Assembly (NCBI GenBank): GCA_040954595.2
Contig: CM082576.2
Coordinates: 19,763,028 to 19,827,027 of the forward strand
Direction of reading: 5' to 3'
Length of the DNA stretch: 64,000 nt
Source of the DNA: Balanoglossus misakiensis
Taxonomy: Eukaryota; Animalia; Hemichordata
The notes below the pieces were generated by a model. It saw only the letters and a list, made by a program, of their open reading frames with translations. It did no database searches and had not been told where the DNA came from. Position numbers and translations under genes: made by a program. Positions 24,295-37,600 of the stretch are shown one piece after another. The stretch's first letter is position 1. Every line of letters begins with the position of its first letter.

Positions 24295-25352
24295 GTACCA
24301 CAGACTCTGTATTGTATGTTTCTGAAGAATCCCATTTAACCCAGACATCAACATACTTCAACCTTGTAAGAAGTAGAACATACATGATTTACTAGTAAAT
24401 ATTTGCTAGCTTATTACACACTTTGGATTACACAAAAATAGGTGTGTACACCGCTGTGACATTGCCAAGCAGATATGACCTACCAGGTAACCTAATACAA
24501 TTTCACAGGAATCGGAGTATTTTCAGTGAAAACAACATTTCTTCAACAATGACAAAAACTGCCTCAACCACAAAAATTCAGATATCAACAAATCCAACAA
24601 TATCTCACTTCAATCACCACAAGGAACATGCCTACCAAAATTGAAAGCAATTTGACATGCGGTTTCAAAGAATACAAATTGCAAAAATTGCCTCAAGACC
24701 ACAAATATGCAAATTTCACCAAAATGATATACAACATTACTTGGGTTACCTCATGGAACAAGCAAACCAAAATTTAAATGCAACCTGACCTGACATGGAG
24801 TTTCAGAGAAAATGATTTTTGACCAAAAATGACAAAATTATATTTCCCAAAAATTACAAATTTTGCCACAATTTAAACAATACTAACAAAGATTACCTAT
24901 AGGAAATAGCATACTAAATTCTAGATACAATTCACGATATTAGCTGAAAGTATATCAGGCGTGACATAAGCTACATGCATACAAATGTTCAAAGCAATCT
25001 GACCAGTTGTTGAGTTTCTGAGTTTTGATCAATTTCACATTGCTCCAGGTAATTAGCATATTTCATTTGAACAGGCGTGCCTGCATCTAAAAACCCAATA
25101 TCAAGACTTACCACACAGACTCTGTATTGTATGTTTCTGGAGTAATCAAATCAAACCAATCATGAAAATACTTCAACCTTCTTAATATGAACAAAATCCT
25201 ATTTACAGGCTGGCCTACATCTACACACCAAATATCAAGGGGATACGCGAAGGGGTTTTCAAGTTTTTGATGTGGACAGACATACATACATCCATACATA
25301 CTACATACACACATACAGAGGCAACTGACTGGTCAGAAGGCATGAGCAAAAA
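24295..25352 (-). repeat. Degenerate HINE-like repeat with an internal duplication
   Basis: CAGACTCTGTATTGTATGTTTCTG at 24301 and 25116; (CATA)n and an A5 end at about 25350. Confidence 0.4.
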
Positions 25353-27408
25353 TGCAGGAAATCAATGTTGTGACACTGGTAGTAGGCCTTAATGTATACA
25401 ATATCAAGACAGTTTATTTAACATGAAGTTTGATATGTTCATAATCATTCAGAGCTAAGCATATTTTGAAATTGTAAAATTAATATCAATCACATGAAAA
25501 CTGACAGCATGCTTTCATTTGGGAATTTAGGTATTGTAATTAACACTAACAGTCATGAAACTATTGAATCGTCAATAAAATCATACAGTAGAAATTAATG
25601 GGTTTTCTATTTATATGCGATGTGAAAATGCAACTTGTGGTCCTTCGGCCAGTAAGAGGCATCAGATAATATTGTAAGACCCAGTTGCCCAATTGATTAG
25701 ACCTACATGTATGCGCTGTGTGAAGCGCAAGTTATGGCAACTGAATTCACAGGACACTGAAGAAAGTGGAATCACTCAAGGTACATATGTATACATGTAG
25801 GCTAACAATCACAACACAGAGAATAGTTCTCCATATTCATTTTTAATACGATAAGATTCACTGAATTGGCGCATCCATGGGCAGGCAAGGTTAGTTCCAA
25901 CTCAGTTTGCAAATCAGGCCCATGTATCTTGTTCCCTGAGACTGTCTGCTTCTAATAATAGCTGTAAGAACATAATCGTTGACCGAATGGTTGGTTCAAT
26001 TTTGCGACATTTTATGATTTCAAGCTGTGCAATATTTGCAACTCAGTTTCAACTTTGGTTGGAGGGATGATGATGAAGCAATTTCACTGACAAAATAGCA
26101 CTACTAACTGACGTCAATATTTGTTCAAAGTTAAATGCATTGCCATCAGAAAAATGTATACGAAAAGTTTCGTATGTGAATAATAACACTTTTTCGCATA
26201 ACTGCAAACCCTGTCACAGTTGTGAAATTCTAAGAAAATTCATTCATTAGGTAGAATTCGTGCTTTATGAATTCTTAAACAAACTTAGTCATGAAACCTA
26301 AATGGTTACCTTACACATGTGGAGGCTCGACTTCTGTGATATGATAAGATTCACTGGCTACAAAAGCTTGTGTCCCTTCAATCCATTCTCCCACTCAGGT
26401 CAAACGTGTTACATATTAAAATTGCAATGTGCATAATATACAATTAGTCTTTTGTAAATTCAGACTGAGAAAATATGACTGATAAACATTATCTGGCACA
26501 TGTTGGTGAATGGCTGGCGTTGATGTTGTGGGTTGAAATCCGAACTATGATTATCGCGGGTACAAATCACATTTATTTTCTCAGAGACAACACGTTTGCA
26601 ACTTCGGGACAGAAAGGTGAAAACGAACGTCATTAGTTCTTGGGAAAAAACTCTGAAATCAATTTCGGTGAGGTCAAATGTGTTCCAAAGGCAAACCGTT
26701 TCTGGTAAACAAATCAATGGCAAATAGTTACTTCGGCGACTTACCAATCAATCAACATGGCTGCCAAATCGTTGGATATCCCGGTTTCATCTCGCGATCA
26801 TTCTATCTTCCGATATGGCGTTGCTTGGTTAAATTCGTCTCTTCTTTGCCGACATAGTCGGGCGACAGCGGTCCAGAAGCATATACAGCGACGCCATCTT
26901 GTTTACAATGTGAAGTATCAACTGCGCATGCTCAATGGTTGTTGATTGGAAAGTGGGCAGAGCCTGCAAGATCCAGGGTTCGCTTGACCGGCCAAACGCG
27001 GTTATTCTCCCTGGACCAAATCATTTAAGCGTCAGGCGTAATACATCACATAATTGACTGGAAAACTAAACAGTCTTCCACCTATATATCAACACAGTTT
27101 ATTAAACCAGCACCCGCGCAAATATTTACAAGTATATGATTAAAATTGATCAAATCATTAATCGCACGGTTACAGCTGTCATAGTTTCTAATAATATTAT
27201 TCACTGGTAGCGCTGACATACCATGTTGAAACTTGTCGCGGAAAACAAGATAATTGATCTTACGGTGTCATTTGTTTTTAAAAAGTGCTTAATAACTATT
27301 GATCCCATTGATATATTTTTCCATATTTATATATTTTTCGCAAAGTTTGACTGCTTGGGCTACTAATAGCATGGTGATCACAATGGATTTACCACCTCCC
27401 AGCTGCGT

Positions 27409-29648
27409 TATAAAAGAATGCCTATTCTGTGGACACTAGCCTCATCGAAGACCGAACGTGTTCATCGATGTTTCCATTCATGACGAACTCCAATGCAGGC
27501 GTCGCAGTCATTCTGGCTTTCACGCTGTGGGCACCTCTGGTGACAGCAATTCCCAACAAGTTGCGGGTAAGTAATCACACAACCTATATGAGTGAAAGTT
27601 TCTTGTCATTTTCGCAACGTCAAGGTTGATATTCTCTTCTTGGATCCAAAATGTGTGACACAACAAATGAATCTGCGTGGCAGGGTCGGCTGTGTCTTTT
27701 GCTTCGAGGCATAGTCGTCAGACACACATCCCTAACACGCGAAGCCAGCTTATCCTTTGATCAAATGGCAGCGCTATTCTAAATATTTTACAGCATGCCC
27801 TAAAGGACAAACACGTGCCGCTGGAAGAGGCCAAAACTCAGCAGAGACGGCAAGATGTTAACGGAGGTGAGCCCCAACAATAAATTAATATTGTTCCTTT
27901 TATTTAGAAAACGCCGCATAATTAGCCAACCAATCATGGTTATGAGAAACCTCCAAAATACAATGTATCGATATTTACTGCATCTGTTCATACTTCGCCC
28001 GCGCTTTAAAAACCCTATAGCTGCTAAAATTGGCATATTTTTTTCCAGAGTAAAATACTTCATATGTATATTCCCTATTCCCTAAAATCTTCACCCGTGA
28101 CCATTAAGCCATATTACTTGCATTTGCATTGGTTTGTCATCACTTGGCGTCGCATTTCACGATAGCTGCTTAGCTGCTATTGTTTGTATGAAGGCTGATT
28201 AAATCGGTGAGGCACCGTTTTAATACATAGCATGTTCCAATTGCAACATGCAGTCACAATCGGGCATCGATAAGATGTTTATGTATACCTATCAGTAAGC
28301 TTATTTTGATGAACCAATTTAAGTTGGAAAATAAAATCATGAAAATAATGCAAAAAGTGGCAGCTTTGGAGGCTTTAAACTACAGTTCTCCCAAATTGTC
28401 TTGACTAAATGACATACATGTGGTCAAAAGTTCTGACTGCAGAAGAGGTTGCAGCTGTGGCGGGGGACTGTTCAATTGGAGGAAATATATTTACATGGAA
28501 TACAGACAATATTGAAATGGCAGCAGAAATAGTTCCTACTGAAAAGAATGCTATCTGCAGTGAGTATCACAACTTTAAAATGAAAGATTTTGCAAATTAA
28601 AAAAAAATATTGAGTGTTTTGACATGCGTCAGTGGTCAGTAACACACAAGCTGCATGATAAGAGGGTCACGAGAAATTGTAAGCCGCAATGTATAATGGA
28701 TTAACTCCATGACCTATGCGACCTACGAACTGTGACGTACAGAATTTATTTCTACGTGTAATGCGGTCTGCGGCAGTGCGCCACAGACCGCATTGCGAGA
28801 GCAGTGAGAATTCACCACAATGCAAACTTTCTGAACGTAGGTTGATCTTCGAATGAAATATTACCTTGTCACCAGTTTTCCACATGGCTACACTGTAAAA
28901 TTGGGTGACGTGTTCGTTCACAAGTGGAATAATTGTGAGTAGTAAAGCACGCGAAGTTAAGCAACGAGCACGTTTTGAAATGCGCGCAGATGATCCCAGT
29001 TTAGCAAATTCAGGCCATTGCGTGCATGCAAAAAAAATAATACTGTACCGGGGGTGAGCCTACTTTCTTTCCATACAGATACACGTATATGTTGGTTAAG
29101 GTATGTGACAAACAGTTTTCATGTAACAGCCAGTGATGCTGACCATAAAACCAGCGCAGCTGATGCTTTCATCTACAATTTGCAACATGGACGTTTGTGT
29201 CTCTGCATGTGTCGTGCATGTTACTGCTGAACAAAAAAGATATGCGGGCACCACAGGCTGGCGAAAGCGGTGCTCACGTGCTCTGCAAGCTGATGTTGTC
29301 ACTAAATTGGCAAAGTATTGTACACATGGAGGAGTTTCTTGAGCTGTCTGCTGTATAAATGTCGGTTGTGAGTACATTATTTTTTATTTTATTTTAATAA
29401 TTTTCAAAGCCCCTATGATTGAAGCATATTATTACGACTCATCCGTTCATCATTCATTCATTCATTCATTCATTCATTCATTCATTCATTCATTCATTCA
29501 TTCATTCATCCATTCAGTCAGTCACTGTACCAATTGAAGACGCCCTTGTATAGGAGAATTTAGCTATGTACTGACTGTCTTTTCATTTTTTCTTCATCCT
29601 ATAGAATCTACCGACCTGGTCGCTGTCAATAACAATTCAACTCCTTAA
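27409..29648 (+). pseudogene. Relic of a secreted pentraxin/LamG-domain gene (signal-peptide exon, partial pentraxin exon, terminal exon)
   Basis: TATAAAAG at 27409; exon 27468-27566 MFPFMTNSNAGVAVILAFTLWAPLVTAIPNKLR|GTAAGT; 28415-28559 YMWSKVLTAEEVAAVAGDCSIGGNIFTW (pentraxin C-terminal motif) A|GTGAGT; phase-matched exon 29605-29648 ending in TAA. Most of the domain is absent. Confidence 0.55.
29445..29520. repeat. (TTCA)n microsatellite
   Basis: Directly visible. Confidence 0.95.
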
Positions 29649-31641
29649 ACATCCTGTGTGTGTGAAGTCTATGAACACTGGCCATGCATTTCAATTCAAG
29701 GACAAAATGAATGCGCAATATTTCGTTTTATCGAGAGTAATGTGCAGTGATTAAATTTGCTAGGGCTCTCTTAGCAGATTTGGAGTTAGTCATTTTGGTA
29801 GAAACTTTTCGAGATGGGAAATCTTTGGTCATCTAACCAAGTTATTTGTATTTTTGTTATATAAGACAGAGTCATTTCTATATCATAGATGCAAGTTTAA
29901 TTGATAACATGAATTTGAATAAAATATTTTTTTTTAAATATCACCACATGAATTTGAATAAAATATTTTTTTTTAAATATCACCAGATTGAAATCTTTGG
30001 AACTTTGCACTTAGAGGGATGGCATGGCAGTTTTCCACTGTTCATATTACAAAGAATTTGGCGTCACGTGTAGATTTCATGAGTGTTCGAGTTTTGCTCT
30101 TCCCAGCCTCGTACCCACAATCCTCTGATACTTACACTTACGTCAGTTCTATAGCCGCTGACCCACTAGATTCTCCTTATGAATTGCCCAAATTATTTTT
30201 TGGTATAGTTTTGATAGTTAGTGCACGGAAACTTTTGATCGATTCACGAAATTCAAAATATGTTACATCACAAACCTCATAAAATGGAGGCTAGAGTAGC
30301 CTGTTTGTTTTCAGGTAATTTTACGATTACCTCAATTACCTTTTTTCGAGGGAGGGGGTTAAGAAAACATACAGATTGAAATAACAAGGAAGTGGTATAT
30401 CAAACCGAAACCTTATCTCAATCGTGATTCTAGAGTGTTTCCATGTCATGTGACATCCACAAAAATGTGGTATTATCTTGAAAAGAGTCCCGATTTCCCA
30501 AACTGGTTTTGCGAATGTACTTCACTTTGGAGCAATGCATGAGTACATTCGTAGAAAGATATTGCTCCACTATTTACTGACACTCCTCTTGTACTGCAAA
30601 TATTACTGCATTCTGTCAGGGCAAGACAAAAGACACAGCAGAACTGCCAGAATTAAAATAGACAACTGGCAATTTCAATAAACATGTAATAACAAATATA
30701 TGTAACATTGAATGAGGTGTCCATACAGCTTGGTCATTTAAAGACCTCCAGTCATTGTGACAATGCATAAATATTTATGTACACCATGTTAAAAATTAGT
30801 TCAGGCATACCTTATACATGTATGTTTTTGACTGACCATATCCTCAGCACGCCCTTTTTTTCAAAAAGACTATCATTATTCTCTGCCAGGCAGAGAGTTG
30901 CCGCTTTCTTGTTAACAATAATATACTATTATAACATTGCATAGATTCCTGTTTGTTTCTGTCCATATCTCACAAACTGTGGTGTGCATACTGTTGAAAT
31001 GACCTCAAGAAGAAAATGCCAAATGGAAAAATATTTGACATACTAACCTGTATGATAATGTTATACGGTACAATATATTTAACGGTTCCAATCCAATGTT
31101 GAGAACTAACAAAACAATTTGAGCAGAATTCATTTAAAATTAATTGCAGTTCCGTTTCACCGCATTTCATAGGATGCTGGCTAAAATTCATACTATGGTG
31201 GATTACCTGTTATGCATTTCTTTCCCTATTTCGTCTGGCAGATTTGAGTTTGACAAGCTGTCATTTTCCTTTCAGCTCCGCAAAATTGATGGATTTACTT
31301 TGACAGCACACAGACTGTCCATTTGTCATCGGAGATACAAGCAGCATCAGGTGCTGAACAGCTTGCAGCAGTGTTGGAAAAGAGTACACAACACTAACTT
31401 GCAAGAGTGCTTTGGCCCTTTCTTCACACTGTCCGAAACTTGTTGTGTTACATCATTGCTTAATGAATAAGAAATACACAGGTATTTAGCGTTCTATTCA
31501 ATACCTACAATAGATAAAAGGGTGTCGGTCTGTATGCTACAATCTTCAATGTTCTTATGAGCACAAGGCTTTATTCAGGGAACGTTTTACAGTAAGAATT
31601 ATATGATATAAACTGAATAAGTTTGTTGTCTGTCAACTCTT

Positions 31642-34600
31642 TGGGGGCACAAGCGCCCTCAGGCGGCTTGTGCCCCCATTGTTATTGTTGGAATATTTAC
31701 GGGCCCAAGCCAAGCCAGGCTTGGGCCCGTATTGGTTTCGTTGGAATTTTTAGGGCCCAAGCGCAAGCAAGCGCTTGGGCCCTATTGGTTTCGTTGGAAT
31801 TTTTAGGGCCCAAGCGCTTGCTTGCGCTTGGGCCCTATTGGTTTCGTTGGGGTTTTTTTAGGGCCCAAGCGCATACCAGCGCTTGGGCCCTATTGGTTTC
31901 GTTGGGGTTTTTCTTTCTTTCTTTCTTTCTTTCTTTATTCTTCTGTCAATTCTTTGTCGCTCTAGATCTCAGACACCGCTGCAGGTACACTTCTGAAACT
32001 TGCTACAGTGGTCAAGGTCAATGAGTAGTCGTGCATTGAACCCTTGAATTTTTAATTAGTCACGTGACCTGGCGGCCATATTGGATTTTCTGAAAAAATG
32101 CAAATCTCAGATCTCAGAAACTACAAGTCAGATCGACTTCAAATTTGGTGTGCAGGTAGTCTACCTTCTACCCATCATTTTTGTAATTGGATATTTTGCT
32201 GTAAATGTTGCAGTTTTTTTGCTACAATTTTTTTTCTGAAATCTGGCTTAAATTTCAAAAATCTTCTTCTCCAGAACCGGTGATAGCTGAGTCACGCGGT
32301 TTGGGGTATGTGGTCACCTAACTGATGTCTATCAAGTTTGCGAAGATCATTGTGATTGGTTGAAGATTATGGCGGCCATATTGGATTTTCGAAAAACCAT
32401 AGTGAAACTTCAAAAATCTTCTTCTCAAGAACGGGCGATAACCCAGTCACAAGATTTGGTGTGCGTGGTCATTAAACAGATGTCTATCAAGTTTGCGAAG
32501 GGGAATGTGATTGGTCGAAGATTATGGCGGCCATATTGGATTTTGTGAAAAACGATTAAAAAGTAAAAATTCCTTTTCTAGCCTAAAAATTGATAGCACA
32601 GAAATTCTTTTTATGGATATGAATCATCATATGACAAGAATAAGCTATAAATATTTTGGTAATTTTGGCAATGACCTTTGACCTACTTTTGACGCATCAT
32701 TTTTCTGCATATCTAATTCCAGGCTAACCAATAGGGCTATAAGTTTGGTTTTTGATGTATGTGGATTTGTATGTGATCAAAAAATTTTGCTACTTTTCAT
32801 GACCCCTTTGACCTCTGGTGACCTCATTAAATATGCGCATTCCTAATTAATGATGAACCAATAGACCTAGAGGTTTTGTTTTTGTTATACATGGACCAGT
32901 ATGGGGTCAAAATATTTTGCCCAAATGTTGGGTGACCTCGGGTGACCTTTGACCTACTTTTGCATATCTCGACATCCACAGCAGATACAGCCTTGGCGTT
33001 TGGAGGTATGGGGCCATACGGAAAAGACAAAGTTTTGGGTGACCTGTGACACCTGCTTGACTCATTATTTATGTGCATACCTAATTCTGGGCTAACCAAA
33101 AGGGCTAGAGGTTTTGTTTTTGTTATACATGGACCAGTATGGGGTCAAAATATTTTGCCCAAATGTTGGGTGACCTCGGGTGACCTTTGACCTACTTTTG
33201 CATAACTTGACATCCATCGCAGATACAGCCTTGGCGTTTGGAGGTATGGGGCCATAATGAAAAGCAAAAGTTTTGGCTCACCTGTGACACCTGCTTAACT
33301 CATTATTTATGTGCATACCTAATTTCGGGCTAACCAAAAGGGCTAGAGATCTGGATTTTGTTGGACATGGACCACTATGGGTCAAAATTTTCTGCCCAAA
33401 TTGTGGGTGACCTCTGGGTGACCTTTGACCTACTTAACACTATATCAACACCAAACATAGATATAACCTTGATATTTCATGGGATAAAACACAGCATTAT
33501 GTTCCTACTCATTAATTATGTGCATATCTAATAATCAGATCAGATAATAGAGCTTGGGCCCGGACAATGCTGCTTGCAGCTTTAATCTTTCTTTCTTTCT
33601 TTTTTCTTGTGTCAATTCTTCGGCCAACTAAATCTCAGAAACTACTGCAGGCACACTGCTCAAACTTGCTACAGGGGTCAAGGTCAATGAGTAGATGTGC
33701 AGTGACTTGTGAATACGTAATTAGTCACGTGACCTGGCGGCCATATTGGATTTTCTGAAAAAATGCAAATCTCAGATCTCAGAAACTACAAGTCAGATCG
33801 ACTTCAGATTTGGTGTGCAGGTAGTGTACCTTCTGCCCATCATTTTTGTCATTGGATATTTTGCTGTCAATGTTGCAGTTTTTTTGCTACAGTTGTTTTT
33901 CTGAAATCTGGTCAAAATTTCAAAAATCTTCTTCTCCAGAACCGGTGATAACCGAGACACGAGGTTTGGGGTATGTGGTCACCTAACTGATGTCTATCAA
34001 GTTTGCGAAGATCATTGTGATTGGTCGAAGATTATGGCGGCCATATTGGATTTACGAAAAACCATAGTTAAACTCCAAAAATCTTCTTCTCCAGAACGGG
34101 CGATGACTGAGTTGCAAGATTCGGGGAGTATGGTCACTACACTGATGTCTATCAAGTTTGCAAAGAGCATTGTGATTGGTCGAAGATTATGGCGGCCATA
34201 TTGGATTTTGTAAAAAGCAGTGAAAATTTGAAATTCCTTTTTCTAGTCTAAAATTTGATAGCATACAAATTGTTTTTATGGATATCAATCGTCATGTGAC
34301 TAAAATATGTTACAATTTTTTTGTGATTTTTCACATGACCTTTGACCTACTTATCACGCGTTATTATTTCTGCATATCTAATTCCAGGCTAACCTATAGG
34401 GCTAGACGTTTGGTTTTTGATGAATGTGAATTAGTGTGTGATCAAAATATTTTGCTACTTTTCATGACCCCTTTGACCTCAGCTGACCTCATTAATTATG
34501 TACATAGCTAATTACAGGCGAACCAATAGAGCTAGAGGTTTTGTTTTTGTTGGACATGGACCAGTATGGGATCAAATTTTTTTGCCCAAATGTTGGGTGA

Positions 34601-37600
34601 CCTCTGGTGACCTTTGACCTACTTTCTCATATCTCAGCATCCAGAGCAGATACAGCCATTGCATTTGGTAGGATGGGACCAAAATGTAAAGCCAATTTTT
34701 TGGGTCACCTGTGACACCTGCTGACCTCATTAAATATGCACATACCTAATTACAGGTGAACCAATAGAGCTAGAGTTTTGGTTTTTGTTGGACATGGACC
34801 AGTATGGGTAAAAAAAAATTGCCCAAATGTTGGGTGACCTCAGGTGACCTTTGACCTACTTCACCCTATTTCAGCAGCAAAAATACCCACATCCTTGTTA
34901 TGTCATGAGATAATACATCCGATAGAAAATTCTGTTTCTTCTAATTCATACTGTGCATATATAATTCAAGATCAGCGCTTGGGCCCGACAATGCTGCTCG
35001 CAGCTTTAATTCTTTCTTTCTTTCTTTCTTTCTTTATTCTCCTGTCAATTCTTCGGCCAACGAGATCTCTGAAACTACTGCAGGTACACTGCTCAAACTT
35101 GCTACAGTGGTCAAGGTCAATGAGTAGATGTGCAGTGACTTGTGAATACTTAATTAGTCACGTGACCTGGCGGCCATATTGGATTTTCTGAAAAAATGCA
35201 AATCTCAGATCTCAGAAAGTACAAGTCAGATCGACTTCAAATTTGGCATGCCGGTAGACTACCTTCTGCCCATCATTTTTGTAATCGGAAATTATGCTGT
35301 AAAAGTTGCAGTTTTTTTGCTACAAATTTTTTTCTGAAATCTGGCTTAAATTTCAAAAATCTTCTTCTTCAGAACCAGTGATAACCGAGTCACGGGGTTT
35401 GGGGTATGTGGTCACCTAACTGATATCTATCAAGTTTGCGAAGATCATTGTGATTGGTCGAAGATTATGGCGGCCATATTGGATTTTCGAAAAACCATAG
35501 TAAAACTGCAAAAATCTTCTTCTCCAGAATGGGTGATGACTGAGTCGCAAGATTCGGGGAGTATGGTCACTACACTGATGTCTATCAAGTTTGCAAAGAC
35601 CATTGTGATTGGTCGAAGATTGTGGCGGCCATATTGGATTTTGTAAAAAGCAGTGAAAAATTGAAATTCCCTTTTCTAGTCTAAAAATTGATAGCATACA
35701 AATTCTTTTTATGGATATCAATCGTCAGGTGACTAAAATATGTTACAATTTTTTGGCGATTTTTCACATGACCTTTGACCTACTTATCACGCGTTATTAT
35801 TTCTGCATATCTAATTCCAGGCTAACCTATAGGGCTAGACGTTTGGTTTTTGATGCATGTGGATTAGTGTGTGCTCAAAATATTTTGCTACTTTTCATGA
35901 CCCCTTTGACCTCTGCTGACCTCATTAATTATGTGCATAGCTAATTACAGGCGAACCAATAGAGCTAGAGGTTTTGTTTTTGTTGGACATGGACCAGTAT
36001 GGGATCAAAATTTTTTGCCCAAATGTTGGGTGACCTCTGGTGACCTTTGACCTACTTTCGCATATCTCAGCATCCAGAGCAGATACAGCCATGGCATTTG
36101 GTAGGATGGGACCAAAATGTAAAGCCACATTTTTGGGTCACCTGTGACACCTGCTGACCTCATTAAATATGTACATACCTTATTACAGACGAACCAATAG
36201 AGCTAGAGTTTTGGTTTTTGTTGGACATGGCCCAGCATGGGTCAAAAAATTTTGCCCAAATGTTGGGTGACCTCAGGTGATCTTTGACCTACTTTACCCT
36301 ATTTCAGCCGCAAAAATACACACGTCCTTGTTATGTCATGAGATAATACACCTGATAGAAAATTCTGTTTCTTCTCATTCATACTGTGCATATATAATTC
36401 AAGATCAGCGCTTGGGCCCGACAATGCTGCTCGCAGCTTTAATTCTTTCTTTATTCTTATGTCAATCTTTGCTCTCCTAGATCTCTGAAACGGCTACAGG
36501 TACACTTCTCAAACTTGCTACAGTGGTCAAGGTCAATGAGTAGATGTGCAGTGGCTTGTGAATATTTAATTAGTCACGTGACCTGGCGGCCATATTGGAT
36601 TTTCTGAAAATCTTTAAATGGCTTCTTCTCAAAAACCACAGGGCCAATCAAGTTCAAATTTGGTGTATGGTACACATGTCCTCTGCCCTTCAAAGTTTGA
36701 CAATAAAATCCTGAGCGGTCATGTGACTTTGGCCGCCATATTGGATTTTCGAAAAAGTACAGTAAAATCTTCAAAAATCTTCTTCTCCAGAACCGGCAAT
36801 AACCGAGTCATGGGATTTAGGGTATGACATCACCTAACTGATGTCTATCAAGTTTGCGAAGAGCGTTGTGATTGGTCGAAGATTATGGCGGCCATATTGG
36901 ATTTTGTAAAAACCAGCGAAAATTAAGAAATCATTTTTCTAGTCTAAAAATAGATAGCATACAAATTCTTTTTATGGATATGAGTCGTGATATGACTAGA
37001 ATATGTTGCAAATATTTTGGAAATTTTCACGTGACCTTTGACCTACTTTTTTAAGAACCTGCATATATGCATATATAGCTCATACTACGTGTTCTAAATG
37101 TACCAGAGTTCTGATTTTTGTGCACATTGGTATCATCCCTGCCAGGACCTACCCCAAATATTTTGGTAATTTTGGCAATGACCTTTGACCTACTTTTGAC
37201 ACATCGTTTTTTTCTGCATATCTAATTCCAGGCTAACCTATAGGGCTATGATTTTGGTTTTTGCTGTATGTGGATTTGTATGTGATCAAAAAATTTCACT
37301 ACTTATCATGACCCCTTTGACCTCTGCTGACCTCATTAAATATGCGCATACCTAATTACAGATGAACCAATAGACCTAGAGGTTTGGTTTTTGTTGGACA
37401 TGAACCAGTATTGGGTCAAATTTTTTTGCCCAAATGTTGGGTGACCTTGGATGACCTTTGACCTACTTTTGCATATCTCGACATCCACAGCAGATACAGC
37501 CTTGGCGTTTGGAGGTATGGGGCCATAATGAAAAGCCAAAGTTTTGGGTCACCTGTGACACCTGCTTAACTCATTATTTATGTGCATACCTAATTTCGGG

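Noticed and set aside
26740-26910. CpG-rich minus-strand first exon (AAGATGGCG start, GTAAGT donor)
   Set aside because: The frame closes after 22 codons and no downstream exon could be linked; possibly a TE promoter relic.
31642-31910. CRISPR-like array of regularly spaced palindromes (also 44065-44290)
   Set aside because: No unique spacers, no cas genes, eukaryotic context; each palindrome is the end of a HINE, most with a matching tail downstream.
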